Source: the human T2T-CHM13v2.0 reference genome, Homo sapiens. From it: a DNA stretch of 64,000 bases. Below are positions 13,480 through 27,785 of the stretch, one piece after another. The stretch's first letter is position 1, and the number at the start of each line of letters is the position of its first letter. The stretch lies in assembly GCF_009914755.1 (NCBI RefSeq), contig NC_060925.1. The stretch is one strand, 5' to 3'. The position numbers and the translations under genes are program-made. The notes beneath the pieces are model-generated. The model was not told the DNA's origin and searched no databases. It saw nothing but the letters and a program-made list of their open reading frames with translations.

Positions 13480-14885
13480 AAATATTTGTTCCTTTCTCTT
13501 TCTGATGTTCCCATTATAGTTACGTTACTCCTTTTGTAATTGTCCCAAAGTTTTGGGGTATTCTGTTTTTTTCAGTTTTTCTCTTTGCATTTCAATTTTG
13601 AAAGTTTCTGTTGACCTATCCTTAAGTTCACAGATTCTTTCCCCAGGCAGCATTCAGTCTGTTAAAGGCCCATTAAAAGCATTCTTCATCTCTGTTAGTG
13701 TTTTTGGGTTCTACCTTTTCCTTTTGATTCTTTCTTAGTTTCCACTTCTCTGCTTACATAACTCATCTGTTCTTACATGTCATTCACTTTTTCCTTTAGT
13801 GCCTTTAACATATTAATTGCAGTTATTTTAAGTTCCCAGTTTGCTAACTCCAAGATCTCTGTCGTATCTGAGTCTGGTTCTGATGCTTGTCTTTTCAGAC
13901 CTTTTTTTTTTTCTTGTAATTTTCTGTTGAAAGGCAGACATAAAGTATCAGGTAAAAGCAACTCATTGTAGATAGGACTTTTGTGTGAGGTTTTATGTTT
14001 TCTTGCAAATAGTTAGGCTTTATTTACTGTTTGCTGCAGCTGTGGTGTCAGAGGCTAAAATTTCCTTCAGTATCCTTGTTTTTGTCTTTCCTGATGTCTT
14101 TGGGTTTTTCTAGAGATGCCATAAACAAGGTCTGTGGCTTGTTCTTCAAGCTGTGGTTCCATTATTATATAGGAACCCTACTGACGTGGTGGTAAGATGA
14201 GGGGATCGGAAAGTGTTTTATGTGATTTGTTCTCGGTATTTTAGTTGAGTTGGGTATTTCCCTTTTCCCACATTGAAGGCCATGGGGTGGGTGTGGAGGT
14301 GAGGGCTTGAGTTGAATACTTTCCTTTTCCAATTTGGAAAGTGAGAGGGATCTGGAATTGGTTTTCCCCCTTGCCCTGGTTGGTTAGGCTCTGGGAAAAT
14401 AATTTTCTTTGAGGGTAGGCCTTGTGAAGAACAGAGAGTCTGGTTGTATTTCAGAATTGTTACCTTTCCCTTCTTCCTGCTGGAACCAGGAGGGGATTTT
14501 TCTATAATTTTCACAGTGTCACAGTGAGGACCTTAGGAAAGGGTGGGGAGCCTCCTAACTAGGCTTCCTCAGAATTTTTAACTCTCAAGCTAGTCTGCAC
14601 AAAGCCTCTTGCAGTCTGTCAGTGATGGCTTATGGTGTTCCTATTGACTCCAGCTTGGGCTTCTGTTGCCAGTAAATTGTGATTCTCTCTATCTGCCTGT
14701 CTTTCCTGTTTTCAGAGCAACAGTTTGCCCTGTGACCTCGAATCTCTGACAAATCTAAGGAGAGCTGTTGATTATCAGTGTGTGGTTTGTTTTTTTTTTT
14801 CAGGGTTTTTTTGTTGTTGTTGTCATGAAAATATGAGCGATAACTTCCAAGCTATCTACATGTCAGACCAGAAACTGGAATTCTA
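13480..14885 (-). mobile_element. Old L1M 5' region and ORF1 N-terminus
   Basis: Reverse-complement similarity to 7570-8950 (aagcatcagaacca...; cttggaagt 5' motif); track ORF 13773..13961 is ORF1-like. Confidence 0.75.
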
Positions 14886-15050
14886 ATTTGTTTTATATAT
14901 ATATATGTTTAGAGGCTTTTTTGTTTTCGCTTTAAGTTTCGTTTAAGTTTTCGCTTCAGGCAAAACTAAAAGGTCTTAGTGCTAAAATTTAACATGTAAA
15001 AAAATCTTTGAACATTTAAATTTTGTTTCAGGTTCACTGAGTTTTTAAAT

Positions 15051-15754
15051 CTAATGGATGCATCTGTTTTTATAACAGCAGTAGTAGCTTGTGGTCTTTG
15101 CCCAATTCGGTGTTTGGTGAAATAACCCCATGTAACAAAGGTCTTTCACGAGAGATATGTCTTTGGCTTTTAAGTCAGTTTTAATATTAAATGAATCCCT
15201 ATATGTGTCTTGGCAATATCTGAACAACATCTAAAGTAACTATCATGTTATCAAGAAAATAAATTTACATTTGTTTAATATATTCAGCAACAAAATCAAT
15301 GCAACAGCAATTGTCAGATAATTTGAGCAGTGAATTTATAGAGGTAATTTTAATTTACATCCAGGAATGCAGGCAATTTTTGTCCAGCTATTGACATTTG
15401 ATTGACTAAGCTTAGGAAACAACAGGAACAACATCCTTTGGAATTTCTTTGTAGTAGACAAAAATGGACATTAATAAAATGAAAAGAAACTAGACAAAGG
15501 GCTAAGAGTTTTACTACAGTATATTTGCCATCTGAGAGTTCAACCAAGTGAGCACTTTGCTATAATTTAAAAATATAATGATAAAATTTTACTTGTCTAT
15601 TATATAATTGTAGCAAATTATTTTGTCTCTAACAAGGAAATCGTAAGGTTTTGTACTTAGACTTCCTCACATCTCCCAGAGTCAGTGACGCAGATGCTGA
15701 TGTGAGATGTCTCTTTTTCAGATGTTTTCCTATTCAGGGCACAATTATTCCTGT
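15051..15754 (-). pseudogene. Cluster of candidate relict exons (15661-15754, 15359-15410, 15230 to ~15051)
   Basis: 15410-15359 (LVNQMSIAGQKLPAFLD, donor gtaaat) joins in phase 0 to ttactttag|ATG at 15230, open for 59 codons. 15754-15661 is open but ends at ctaagt, a possible mutated gtaagt. Confidence 0.45.
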
Positions 15755-16162
15755 CTTGAAATAGAAATTATCTTTTAATGAACTCCATTTAAATTTCTTT
15801 TCCCTATTTTTATACTCATTTCATTGAATAACATAATCTCAGAAAAGATTAACTTGTATTATTTCACAGTTGCGTCTCCAACACTATCTTAATGTAATCT
15901 CTTCATATTTTTTTGGCTATTCATTGGTTTTTACACTATTCTTTTCAAGTTTTCACATGGAAATGTAATAAAAAGGCTCTGCTTACTCTCTTTTCGAGAC
16001 CATTAAAAAACTTTAAAGACTGCCTGAACACCAATCCCTGGGCACTATGCTAGATTCCTTCCTCATGCGATGGACAGTTACTCATGTCTCATTCTTTGTG
16101 TTCCTCTTGAAAGTTTGCAGTCCTTCCAGGAGTCATCCAATCCAATCAAGGTCAGTGTGAAA

Positions 16163-16168
<6 letters not shown>

Positions 16169-16217
<49 letters not shown>
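16169..16217. repeat. (CA)~24 microsatellite at an Alu tail
   Basis: Perfect AC run. Confidence 0.98.
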
Positions 16218-16510
<293 letters not shown>

Positions 16511-16529
16511 CAAATACATTTTTAAATTA

Positions 16530-16600
16530 AGTTTTTGTAAGGGGCTGTATCAAATGCTTTGCTGAAATCTAATGCCCGTGATATTGATTCTGTAAACCAT
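16530..16600 (-). mobile_element. Ancient CR1/L3-type LINE reverse-transcriptase fragment
   Basis: Minus strand 16572-16546 translates to LDFSKAFDT, the non-LTR RT motif typical of CR1/L2 elements. Confidence 0.5.
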
Positions 16601-17042
16601 ATTCATAATTTAAAAAAAGGTTAACCAATCACATATGTCTAGAATGACTAACATTGATCCTGATTTTCTAACTATTCATAGGAAGCGATACTCAAGAATA
16701 TTATTTTAGTGTCAGGTTTATTACAAATGACTCCATAGTGTAACAAAGATGGTTAATGTGGAAACTTCCAGGTAATTAGTTATAAGAAAAAAGTTATTAT
16801 AAATGAATGAGAGTGTTTTTTAACTGCCAAGTGGGCTTTCAAGACCCTAGGTGTTTTATTCCTTTAGTTACATGTTTTTCTTAATTAGGCCTTTGTCTTC
16901 ATTTTAAGTAGGTATTAAAATGAAATATAATTTTGGAAAATGATGAATTTTGAAACTGATGAATTTAAATATTCATTTAGAACTTTATGTGCCATAGCTA
17001 TCGAGTTTGTAAATCTGTATATTTTAATTATTTGATTCCTAA

Positions 17043-17399
<357 letters not shown>

Positions 17400-17577
17400 T
17401 AACAACCACCCAGTGAACATGCTATTCTTAGATTGCTAAACCAAAGGATTTCTTTTGCCACAAATCAGATTGTATGTTTTACAAATTTACTGTCAAAGCT
17501 AATAAAATCTTAGACCATTCAGTTATCAACAATATAAGCCAACACTTTAACCAATTTTTAAAATAAACAATTTAGAT

Positions 17578-17758
17578 CAGGGTTTAGCAAACTACAGCTC
17601 ACAGGCCAGATCTACTCATACTGATTCATGTTCATATTGTGTGTGGCAGCTTTCTTCCTATGACAGCCGAGTTGAGTAGTGCTACCAGATACCCTAGAGA
17701 TCTCAAAGCCTAAAATATTACTATTTGGCTTCTTACAGAAAAAAATTTTAGATCTCTG
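17578..17758 (+). mobile_element. MER58A-like hAT-Charlie element
   Basis: CAGGG...CTCTG termini, gagttgagtagt and caaagcctaaaatattactat motifs, 8-bp TSD atttagat/gtttagat. Confidence 0.8.
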
Positions 17759-18144
17759 GTTTAGATTAACATTGACTATTATTAATATTTATTATAAATT
17801 GATACAAATAAGAGACAACTGTGGACAACGGGATATCTGGGACACATGATTAGAGAAAACACTGCATTGACTGCTGTGGAATGCATTCTTTTGTAAAGTA
17901 ATGTTCCCAAGGCCCTACAATTGTACTGAACTCGTGCATCTGTGATAGGAAATGGGCTGATATTTACTAGCATTGTCTAATTCTGGCATGCATATGAAAA
18001 GTCGAATTTGTATAAAACAGTATAAATACAATGTCATTACTATCAGATGAAGTGATACATGTTAGGATGTGTGTCATAAATATGCAAAAGAAGTATTAGA
18101 TGTGCACTGACATCTAAGTAAATATGTAGGACAGATACAGAAAC

Positions 18145-19030
18145 TCATATTCAGTCATTTGATGAATACTTATTGAGTGTCTATTAGGTGTGAGCCACTC
18201 TTTTTTCTGTCTGAAGATAAAGTTTCTGCTCTTATGGAGCATTTCTCTTATTGCGGGAGGGAGACAGACCCACAAAGTAAACATATAAATATGTAATATA
18301 TTGGGATGTTATAAAGAAGTATGAATCATGATAGGCTGGTGGAGGAATGACAGTGGGCATGTAATATTTATGTAAATTGGTGAGAAAGGGCAGAGACATT
18401 GAGAGAAGGAGGGAGGAAGTCAAGCAGATATGCTTCAGAAAAACGTTTAAGCTTGAGAGAACAGCAATTGCACGTGTTCTGAAGCAGTAGTGGTTTAGCC
18501 ACCTCTGAGGAACAGTAGGAAGCCAGTGGGTTTCAAGGGATGATTAAGGACACTGCCGGTCAGTGATGCCGTCCTTGTGGGCCTGTGTAAAGATTCTAGA
18601 ATTGTCTGAGTGAGAAAGAAACCATGGGAGAGTTTGCAGTTGAGGGATGACCTGATATGATTTGAATTTTAACAAAGGACTCTGGATGCTGTGTGGAGAA
18701 TGACCACAGGAGGCTTGTGGAAGTAGGGAAGCTGGTTAGGAGGTAATTACAGTTGTCCAATCCCCTCCCCTTTCCTACCACCAAATGGTGACTTGGTGGA
18801 AGGTGGCAGAGATAGTGGTGGGTCATGAGGATTCTGAATATTTTTTAATCTCAAGAAAAAATATCTAGAGTTTCTGATAGATTATATATGGGGCGTGTCA
18901 GAAAGAAGACTCAAGGATGTCTCCAAGACTTTTGGCCTGAGCACTGGGATGCAGGAGTTGCCATTTACTGAAGTGTAAAATACTATCAGAAGAACAGGCT
19001 TAGCAACAAAATCAAAAGTTTACTTTTTAA
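18145..19030 (-). mobile_element. L2 fragment
   Basis: aatacttattgagtgtcta, ggaagctggttaggagg and tttggcctgagcactgg L2 motifs. Confidence 0.75.
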
Positions 19031-19934
19031 ATTCTGGCATGTAATTGTAATAGAGATGAAATGCAAAGACGTTGTCTTGGTGAGTAGGACACTTCAGACA
19101 TAGATTTTACCTGGGATTCAACATGTTGTCAATTAAATCATACAGTCAGGATATCATGACTCATGAGGATTATCAATTTTTTTTTCTAACATGCAAAGAT
19201 CAGACTATATTTTTAAAATGAAGATAAGCAAACATTTATAATCTGTCAAAATGGAGCTTTTTCGTAGGACTGCATTATTGAAATATTTGTCTTTATTCAA
19301 AATGGTTTATTTTTGTGTGTGAACATTTTATGTAGAACCTGTCACAATCGAGGGTAATAGATTCCGTTTCTGGTGAACTCATAAGCCCCTTTTGAACAGA
19401 TAATTGGCATGTTGGCATATCTGATCCCAGGAGAAAAGAGATTTCAGTCTCATTCCTTCTGGAATCTGCAGTTGAGAAGGAAATAGTAATGGAGACATGG
19501 TGGTTTGACTTTTGGTGAGTTCCTCTTTCTTATCCCTTCAGTCAAACTAGGAATCATCTCTTCTAGGACACCTTACTTAAAAGAATCCAAATAAAGTACA
19601 TACAAGTTGATATTCTATGTCCCCATTACCAAATATTGTTTATAGATATAATCAAGACTGATGATATTTCATGATTAAAATTATTTGGCTTTGAAATCCC
19701 TGGACACAACTCAATATAAATAGACATAATAAGACTAAAGGCTTTGATATAAAAAGCCACCACTCAATGTGTTCTAGTGAAACAGTAGTATATGTTCAGT
19801 TCAGTTTGGAAAATAAAGAATTGTTGTTAGGAGAGACATGCCATGTTGTTGTACTTACTATCTTTGAATCAGTCAAGCATGACCTCAGTAGCTGCATGAG
19901 CAGCAGCAGAAGCGATGGCTAAAAATCAAGCATC

Positions 19935-20030
19935 CAGGTTGATGTCACCTCTGCTGTAATCTTGCTGTGTCATGTTCGGTAAGTCACTTCCCCTCTTTGA
20001 ATCTCAGTTTCCTCCTCATTAGCTCAGAGA
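19935..20030 (+). mobile_element. MIR fragment
   Basis: aagtcacttcccctctttgaatctcagtttcctc core. Confidence 0.65.
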
Positions 20031-20094
20031 ATGATTGGGTTTTCATAAGAAGTCATATTTTTTGACTCTTAATATGGCCTTCATTTGTAACATG

Positions 20095-20460
20095 CTCTCT
20101 TTATTCTAGCTGCTATAAAAAATTACAAACTGAATGGCTTATAAACAATAGAAATTTATTTCTCAGTGTTTTCCCAGTTCCAAAGTTTAAGACCAAGATC
20201 AAGAACCTAGCAGATTTGGTGTCTGTGAAGGCTTGTTTCCTGGTTGGTGGATGGTGCTGTCTCCCTGTGTCTTTATATGATAGAAAAAGGGCAAGAGAGC
20301 TTCCTGGGGTCCTGATGATCGGGGCACAAATCCCTTTATGAAGGCGCTGCCTTTATGATCTAATCACCCTCCAAAGGCCCTTACCTTCTAATGCCAGCAT
20401 CTTAAGGGTTAGGATTCCAACATATGAATTTTGGGAGACACAAATATTTAGACTACAGCA
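20095..20460 (-). mobile_element. MaLR solo LTR (MLT1A/B-like)
   Basis: ggcttataaacaatagaaatttatttctca...caacatatgaattttgggagacacaaat...cagca. Confidence 0.8.
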
Positions 20461-20911
20461 CGTGTTATTATCTCACAATAAGGCTTTGGCATAAAAAAAA
20501 AAAAAACAAAACTGTTCTGATGAACAGCATGCATGCCTAAGTCCCAATGTAGATAGATAATGTTGAAGAGTTCCCCGTGAGAAATGGTTTTCAACAAGGA
20601 CAAACCAAATTCAAAAATGAAATAGCCACCTTTCAGGGATGGTGGGTTAGAAATGCCACATACATATTCATCGGGTGAGATGTATGGGTAATGACTTTTT
20701 AGGAAGACTTCTTTTGTTTGTTTACTTTAAGTCATAGATCATTATAAATCCACTTTGTTTTATGACTCTCTTACTGGATATTTTACTCTGAAATTTGTAA
20801 TGTTTTTGTATGGAAGAGATAGTAAATATTAGTTTGGAGGAATTTAATGATTGCTTTTTTAAAAAAACAGAATAAGGCCATGTTTCTTGCCTAAATTTAG
20901 AAATGAGAATA

Positions 20912-21945
20912 CAGTCATGCCCCGAATAATGATGTTTCAGTTGAGGATAGATGGCATATTATGACAGTGGTTCCATAAGATTATGGAGCTGAGAAATTCA
21001 TATTGCCTAATGGCGTAGTAGCTGTTGTATTTGCAGCAATGCCAGTGTAAACAATCCTACTTTGCTTTTTATTGTGAATATAGACTGTACTCCTTCTACA
21101 TATAAAACAAAAGAGTTAACTGTAAAGAGCCTTAGGCAGCTCCTTCAGGAGGTAATCCAGAAGAAGGCATTGTTATCATACGAAATGACAGCTCCAAGAG
21201 TGTTATTGTCCCTGAAGACCTTCCAGTGGAACAAGATGTGGAGGTGGAAGACAGTGATATTAATTCTCATCCTTGCAGGCCTACACTATTGTGTGTGTGT
21301 CTTAGTTTTTAACAAAACAAAAATTAAAAATAGAGAAAAACTTAGAGAATAAGGATATAAAGAAAGAAATTTTTTTGTACAGTTATACAACCGTTTGTAT
21401 TTTAAGCTAAGTGTTAAAAAAGTCAAAATGTTAGAATTTTAAAGTTTATAATAGTTATAGTAAGATAAGGTTAATTTACTATTGAAGAAAGAAAAATGTT
21501 TTAAAAATAAATTTAGTGTAGCAAAAGTGTACAGTGTTTATAAAGTATACAGTGGTGCACAAGAATGTCCTAGGTCTTCACATTCACTCACCACTCACTC
21601 ACTGACTCACCCAGACCAACTTCCATTCATGGTAAATGCCTTATACAGGTGTATGATTTTCTAAAATCTGTTATTACTGTATTTTTACTACTCAGTTTCT
21701 ACATTTAGATACATAAATGCTTACCATGTTACAACTGCCTATGGTATTCAGTATAGTAACATGTTGTACAGGTTTGTAGTCTAGGAGTAACAGGCTATAG
21801 CATATATAGCTACTGACTATATACGGTGTGTAGTAGGCCATACCATCCAGGTCTGTGTAAATGCACTCTGATGTTTCTACAATGATGCCATCCTCTAATA
21901 ACACAATTTTCAAAATGTGCCCACTTTTTAAGTAATTTATGACTG
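20912..21945 (+). mobile_element. Tigger3-type (MER7) TcMar non-autonomous DNA transposon
   Basis: TA|CAGTCATG...ATGACTG|TA terminal inverted repeats with TA target duplication. Confidence 0.85.
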
Positions 21946-22429
21946 TAAAAAAGGTATAAAAGAAGTTTGGACTAAGCCTGTCTATAGATGCAGCCAGTGT
22001 GGATGAATATGAGGCATAGCATGGTTATGTCTGCCTACAAATACTTTCTCCCTGCCTCCCCACTTAGATGATTAGAAACTCTCTCATATATTCGAGTGAG
22101 ATTATAAGAGGAGCAGCGTTGCTATGAGAAAGGTTCCATTCAAACATATTTGTGTTTACTGAGTTGAAGGACTAGGTTATTTTGGAGGTTGGCTTCTGTT
22201 TTAGATTACTCCCACCTGCATATTAACATGGGTGTGGTTGAGAAATAAGCTAGCTCTCTTTGCATTCTTTGTAAAGGAAAAGGGATGAGATTTGGAGTAT
22301 CAGTGGAATGGTCATAGCTTGGGATAGTATAAGAAGAATGTAATACTGCATTACAAGGTCAGGAACCAATGGTGGGATACTTAGATATGGTGTATTAAAA
22401 AATGGAGAAAGATTAAGAAAAATATGTAA

Positions 22430-22838
<409 letters not shown>

Positions 22839-22895
22839 TTACCCTAAGGCTATTATAAATTCATCCTCCTTGAGGAAAATGAAGGTAAACACTTT

Positions 22896-24832
22896 AAAAA
22901 TTTTTGTACATGTTTAAGGGGTACAGTGTGATGTTTCAATGCATATATACATAGTATAATGATCAAATCAAAGTAGTTAGTATATCCGTTTCCTCAAAAA
23001 GGTTATCATTTGTGGTGATAACTTTCAAGGTTTTCTTTTCTAGCTATTTTGACATATACAATACATTGTTCTTGGCTATAGTCACTCTACTATGTAATAG
23101 AACATCAGAACTTACTCTTCTTATCTGACTATCTTTGTGCCCCTTGACCAACCTCTTTCCATTCTTCCCACCTTCATACCTTTCACAGCCTCTAGTAACC
23201 ACTATTATACTGTCTACTTCTACGAGTTCAACTTTTTAGATTTCACATATAAGCGAGATCATGTGGTATTTGTCTTTTTGTGCCTGGCCTATTTCACTTA
23301 ACGTTATGTCCTCCAGGTTCATCTATGTTGCCACAAATGACAGGACTTCATTCTTATTTATAATTGTATTCTATTGTGTGTATACCATGTTTTCTTTATG
23401 CATTCATCTGTCAATGGACATTTATGTTGATTTTGTCTCTTAGCTATTGAGAATAGTGCTGCAATAAACATACGCATAAGCATAGCTCTTTGACACAGTA
23501 ATTTCAATTCCTTTTGCTGTATACCCAGTAGTAAATTTTGGGGGTCATATGGTAGTTCTGTTTTTATTTTTTGCAGGAACTTTAATACTGTTTTCTCATG
23601 TGAATTTAGTAAAGTTGCAGGATACAAAATCAACATACAAAAATTGATAGCATTTCTATACACCAATAGTGAAATATCTGGAAGAGAAATCAGGAAGGCT
23701 ATCCCATTTATAATAGCTACAAAATATTAGGAAGAAATTTAACCAAGGAGGTGAAAGATACCTACAATAAGAACTATAAAAAATTAATGAAATAAAGTGA
23801 AGAAGACATAAATGGAAATATATCTCATGGATTGGAAAAATTAATATTGCTAAAATATCTGTACAACCCAAGGCAATCTACAGATTCAATGCAATCCCTG
23901 TCAAAATATCAATGACATTCTTCACAAAAATAGAAAAAAAATCCTAAAACTTGTATGAAACCGCAAAGATCTTGAATAGCCAAAGCCATCCTGAGCAAAA
24001 AGAACAAAACTGGAAGCATCATACTATCTGACCTCAAAATATACTACAAAGCTACAGTAACCACCATAGCATGGCAATGGCATAAAAATAGACACATAGA
24101 CCAATAGAACAGAATGAAGAGTCCAGAAGTAAATCTACACATTTAGAGTCCACTGATTTTCCATAAAGGTGCCAAGAATACACACTGGAGAAAGGATAGT
24201 CTCATCAATAAATTGTGCTGGGAAAGCTTGATATCCACATGCAGACAAACTAGACCTTGAACGTTCACCATATACAAAAATTAACTCAAAATGAATTAGA
24301 GACTTAAAGACCTGAAACTATAAAAACTACTAGAAGAAAACATAAGGGAAACACTTCATGACATTGGTCTAGGCAAAGATGTTCTGAATATGATCTCAAA
24401 AGCATGGGCAACAAAAGCCAAAATGAACAAGTGGAATTATACCAAACTAAAAAAGCTGCTCAGCAAAGGAAACAATACATAGAGTGAAGAGACAACTTAC
24501 AGAATGCGAAAAATGTTTGTAAACTATGTACTTGACAAAGAGTTAATGTCTAGAATATATAAGGAACACAATAGCAAACCCAAATACTCTGATTAAAAAA
24601 TGATCAAAAGACCTGAATAACCATATCTCAAAAGAAGACACACAAATGTCCAGCAGGTATATGACAAAGTGCTCAATATCACTAATCATCAGGGAAATGC
24701 AAGTCAAAACCACAGTGAGATATCGCTTCCCTTCAGTTAGAATGGCTATTATCAAAAAGGCAAAAATTTAAAAATGCTGGTGAGGATGAGGAGAAGAGGG
24801 AACTCATACACAGTTGCTGGGAATGTAAATTA
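22896..24832 (-). mobile_element. L1MA insertion with 5' inversion
   Basis: 22896-23600 is the 3' end on minus; 23601-24832 is upstream ORF2 on plus. TSD gtaaacacttt at 22885-22895 and 24833-24843. Confidence 0.85.
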
Positions 24833-25252
24833 GTAAACACTTTTTGGATCCAAATTTGTCTCACATAAAGAAAGTATATCAAATGAAACTTGACACTGAG
24901 GAAAAAAAATCCTGATTTTAAAATAAATTTAGAAATAGAAATATTAACATATTCAATACTATGAAGTAGTCCATTCTCCCTGAACAAATTTACATGTTTA
25001 TGTAAATCAAAATACCAAAGGGATTTTTTGGGGTGGGAACTAGTTAAGCTAATTACATAGTTCATATTTAAAAAAAAAAAAGTAAGCGACAGGACAGTTC
25101 TTCACACAGGGTTTAATGCAACATTCATTAGGATGATGCAGAGTGAAATAGTCGTGCATGTGTTGAGGTGTAAAAGCAGCCCAGTGGTTGGACATGTGGG
25201 CTCTGGAGGTAGAGGGCCTAGATATACATCTTGCCTTTGCTACTTACTGACT

Positions 25253-25339
25253 TTGGGATCATGGGAAAATTATGTAATATTTCTGGGTTTTGTCCTTGGG
25301 ATCATGGGAAAATTATGTAATATTTCTGGGTTTTGTCCT
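25253..25339. repeat. Perfect 43-bp tandem duplication inside a MIR relic
   Basis: ttgggatcatgggaaaattatgtaatatttctgggttttgtcc twice. Confidence 0.95.
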
Positions 25340-25469
25340 AAATTTTAATCTGAATTTTAAAATAGTATTTATCTTATAGAATTGGCATGGAGATTCAGTG
25401 AATTAACACACACAGAGTGCTTAAAGCAGTGTGAATTAGCAACAGCATTACTACTTCCATCTCCATCAG

Positions 25470-26580
25470 CACCCCAACAATGAACAAAACGGAATGTCCA
25501 GAATTAGGCCCAAATGCATGTGGGAGTTTAGTATATAATCCAGGTGTATTGTAAAAAACTAAAGCAAGCATTACTCACCAAATGGGTGCTCAGAAACCTG
25601 ACTAGCCGTCTGGAAAAACATGGTAGCTACTCCTTCCTTAAACTAAACAATTCCGGACGGACCCATTACTTAAAGGTCTAAAAACTTAAGATGTACATTT
25701 TCTTAAATTACACATGTACTTACCTATGACTAAGCAATCCAAATCCTAGGTAGTTACCAAAGATAGATAAAAGCACATGTCCTTACAAAGACTTGTACAC
25801 AAATAGTCTCAGGAGCTTTATTCATGATAGCCCAAACAGGATACAACACAAGTGTCCATGAACAGGTGGCTGGATAAACTAGTCATGATATATTCATATA
25901 GTGAATGAAATACTACTCAACACTAACAGGAATGAACTACTGAACATACAACAACGTGGAGGAATCTCAAAAGTGCGATGCTCTGTGAAATAAGCCAGAC
26001 ATGAAGGACAACATACTGTACTATTATGTGAAAATCTAGAAAAAGCAAAGTACAGGGATTGAAAGCAGGTCAGTGGTGAGCCAGGGATGGGAGAAGGAAA
26101 TTGAATGCAAAAGAGCATGTGGTTATTTAGGGAGTAATAGAAATGTTTTATATTTTGGTAGTGGTGATTATACAACTGTATGCCTTTGTCAAAACTCCAA
26201 ACTGTACATCCAATTGTATACTTAAAATGGGTGAATTTTGGGCTGGGCATGGTGGCTCATGCCTGTAATCCCAGCACTTTGGGAGGCTGAGGTGGGTGAA
26301 TCACAAGGTCAGGAGTTCAAGACCAGCCTGGCCAAGATGGTGAAACCCCGTCTCTACTAAAAATACAAAAAAATTAGCCAGGTGTGGTGGTGGGCACCTG
26401 TAATCCCAGCTACTTGGGAGACTGAGGCAGAGAATTGCTTGAACCCGGGAGGCAGAGGTTGCAGTGAGCTGAGATTGTGCCACGGTACTCCAGCCTGGGC
26501 GATGGAGCGAAACTCCATCTCAAAAAAAAAGTGGGAGTGAACTTTATTGTGTGCAAATTATATATTTATAAAGATGATTA
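25470..26580 (+). mobile_element. Old L1M (L1ME/MD-like) ORF2 and 3' fragments
   Basis: cttacctatgactaagcaatcc...ctaggta and gcctttgtcaaaactc; interrupted by an Alu. Confidence 0.7.
26241..26530 (+). mobile_element. Alu, AluSg-like
   Basis: tcacaaggtcaggagttcaagacc; full dimer. Confidence 0.95.
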
Positions 26581-26614
26581 TATTTTTTAAAATTAAGGCA
26601 TAAAAGCTATGGCA

Positions 26615-27031
26615 CTTTTAAAGCATGTCTCTGATATTCTTCTATACTCCTCCCTTGAAATGATGGAGCTCTGTTCTTTTCCTTGAATCTGGTCTCTGGT
26701 TGCCTGGCCAAGATAATATGACCTTAAGAAACTGGCAGCTTCCACTTTCCCTCTTTTGAGACAGTTCCTTTTTGGAACCCAGACACTAAGCTGAGCCACA
26801 TGGAAGGATCTCAGCCAACAGGTAGAATCAACTGTCAGATGCATGAGTGAAGAAGCTTTTGAGATGACTCCAGTTCCAGGCACTGTCTGATTGTAACCGT
26901 GTGAGAGACCCTAAGTGAGAACTACAGCTGAGGCCAGTCTGTTTCCAGAACCGTGAAAGACAGTAATAAATGATGGTTATTTTAAGCCACGTTTTGGAGT
27001 GATTTGTTATGCAGTGTCAGATAACTGGTAC
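26615..27031 (+). mobile_element. MaLR LTR (MLT1H/I-like)
   Basis: 3' end ttttaagccacgttttggagtgatttgttatgcag...ataactggtaca. Confidence 0.7.
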
Positions 27032-27154
27032 AAAAGATTTGGCAGAAAATGTGGGATATTTAAATAACTTCTGAATGGGAGAAGCTTTTCTGTCCGTGAC
27101 ATAAAATGCTTAAGCCAGGGAAATAAATATTGATAAATATATTAATAAAAATTA

Positions 27155-27395
27155 CAGGAGGAATAAACTTTAGTGACCTATTGCACAGAATGGTGACTAT
27201 ATGAAATAATCATGCATTGTATGTTTTCAAATTGCTAAAAGAGTAGATTTTAAATGTTTTTACCACAAAAAATATATGTGATGTGTGGATTTATTAATTA
27301 GCCTGATTTAATCATTCCATATTGAAAACATATATCAAAACTCTACATCGTACCCCATAATTACATATATAATCACTTATCAAGTTTTAAAAATT
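27155..27395 (+). mobile_element. L1MA 3' end within older L1M fragments (~27030-27780)
   Basis: gacctattgcacagaatggtgactata...ttgctaaaagagtagattttaaatg...gtaccccataa. Confidence 0.75.
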
Positions 27396-27785
27396 TAAAA
27401 ATTATAAATTTTTCTGTTATAAAAAATATCAGGTCTTTTTTTGTTTCTCAATCTGGGAAAAATGTTTCTTCATATGCAACATGGAATTTAGTTGTTTTAC
27501 TATATCATGAGCATTTAGAAATCAATGAGACAATCTAGCAAGTGTAGAAAATAGGCGTAGAACATAAGTGAAAAGATAAATCAATACGGCTTTTATACAT
27601 ATGCACAGATTGTTATACTTATTTGTAATGCAAACTAATGTTGCAATATTACACCATTTTACCCACGATATTGGTGAAGATAAAAAGATTATCCAAATTC
27701 TCAGTGTTGTCTAAAAAGTTTTTAAACGTATTTTCCAATATATTCCTGGTGAGTGTGTAAATTGGTTCAATCTTTTTGGAGGTCA

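Larger units (their letters stand above)
17806..20726 (-). pseudogene. Candidate relict exons (17806-17939, 19339-19465, 19577-19657, 19859-19918, open frame ~20450-20726)
   Basis: Acceptors cccatttcctatcacag|, tttccttctcaactgcag| and cttgatttttag|; donors |gtaagt (19858) and |gtaagg (19576); about 90 stop-free codons including EVFLKSHY. Frames not uniquely resolved. Confidence 0.4.
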
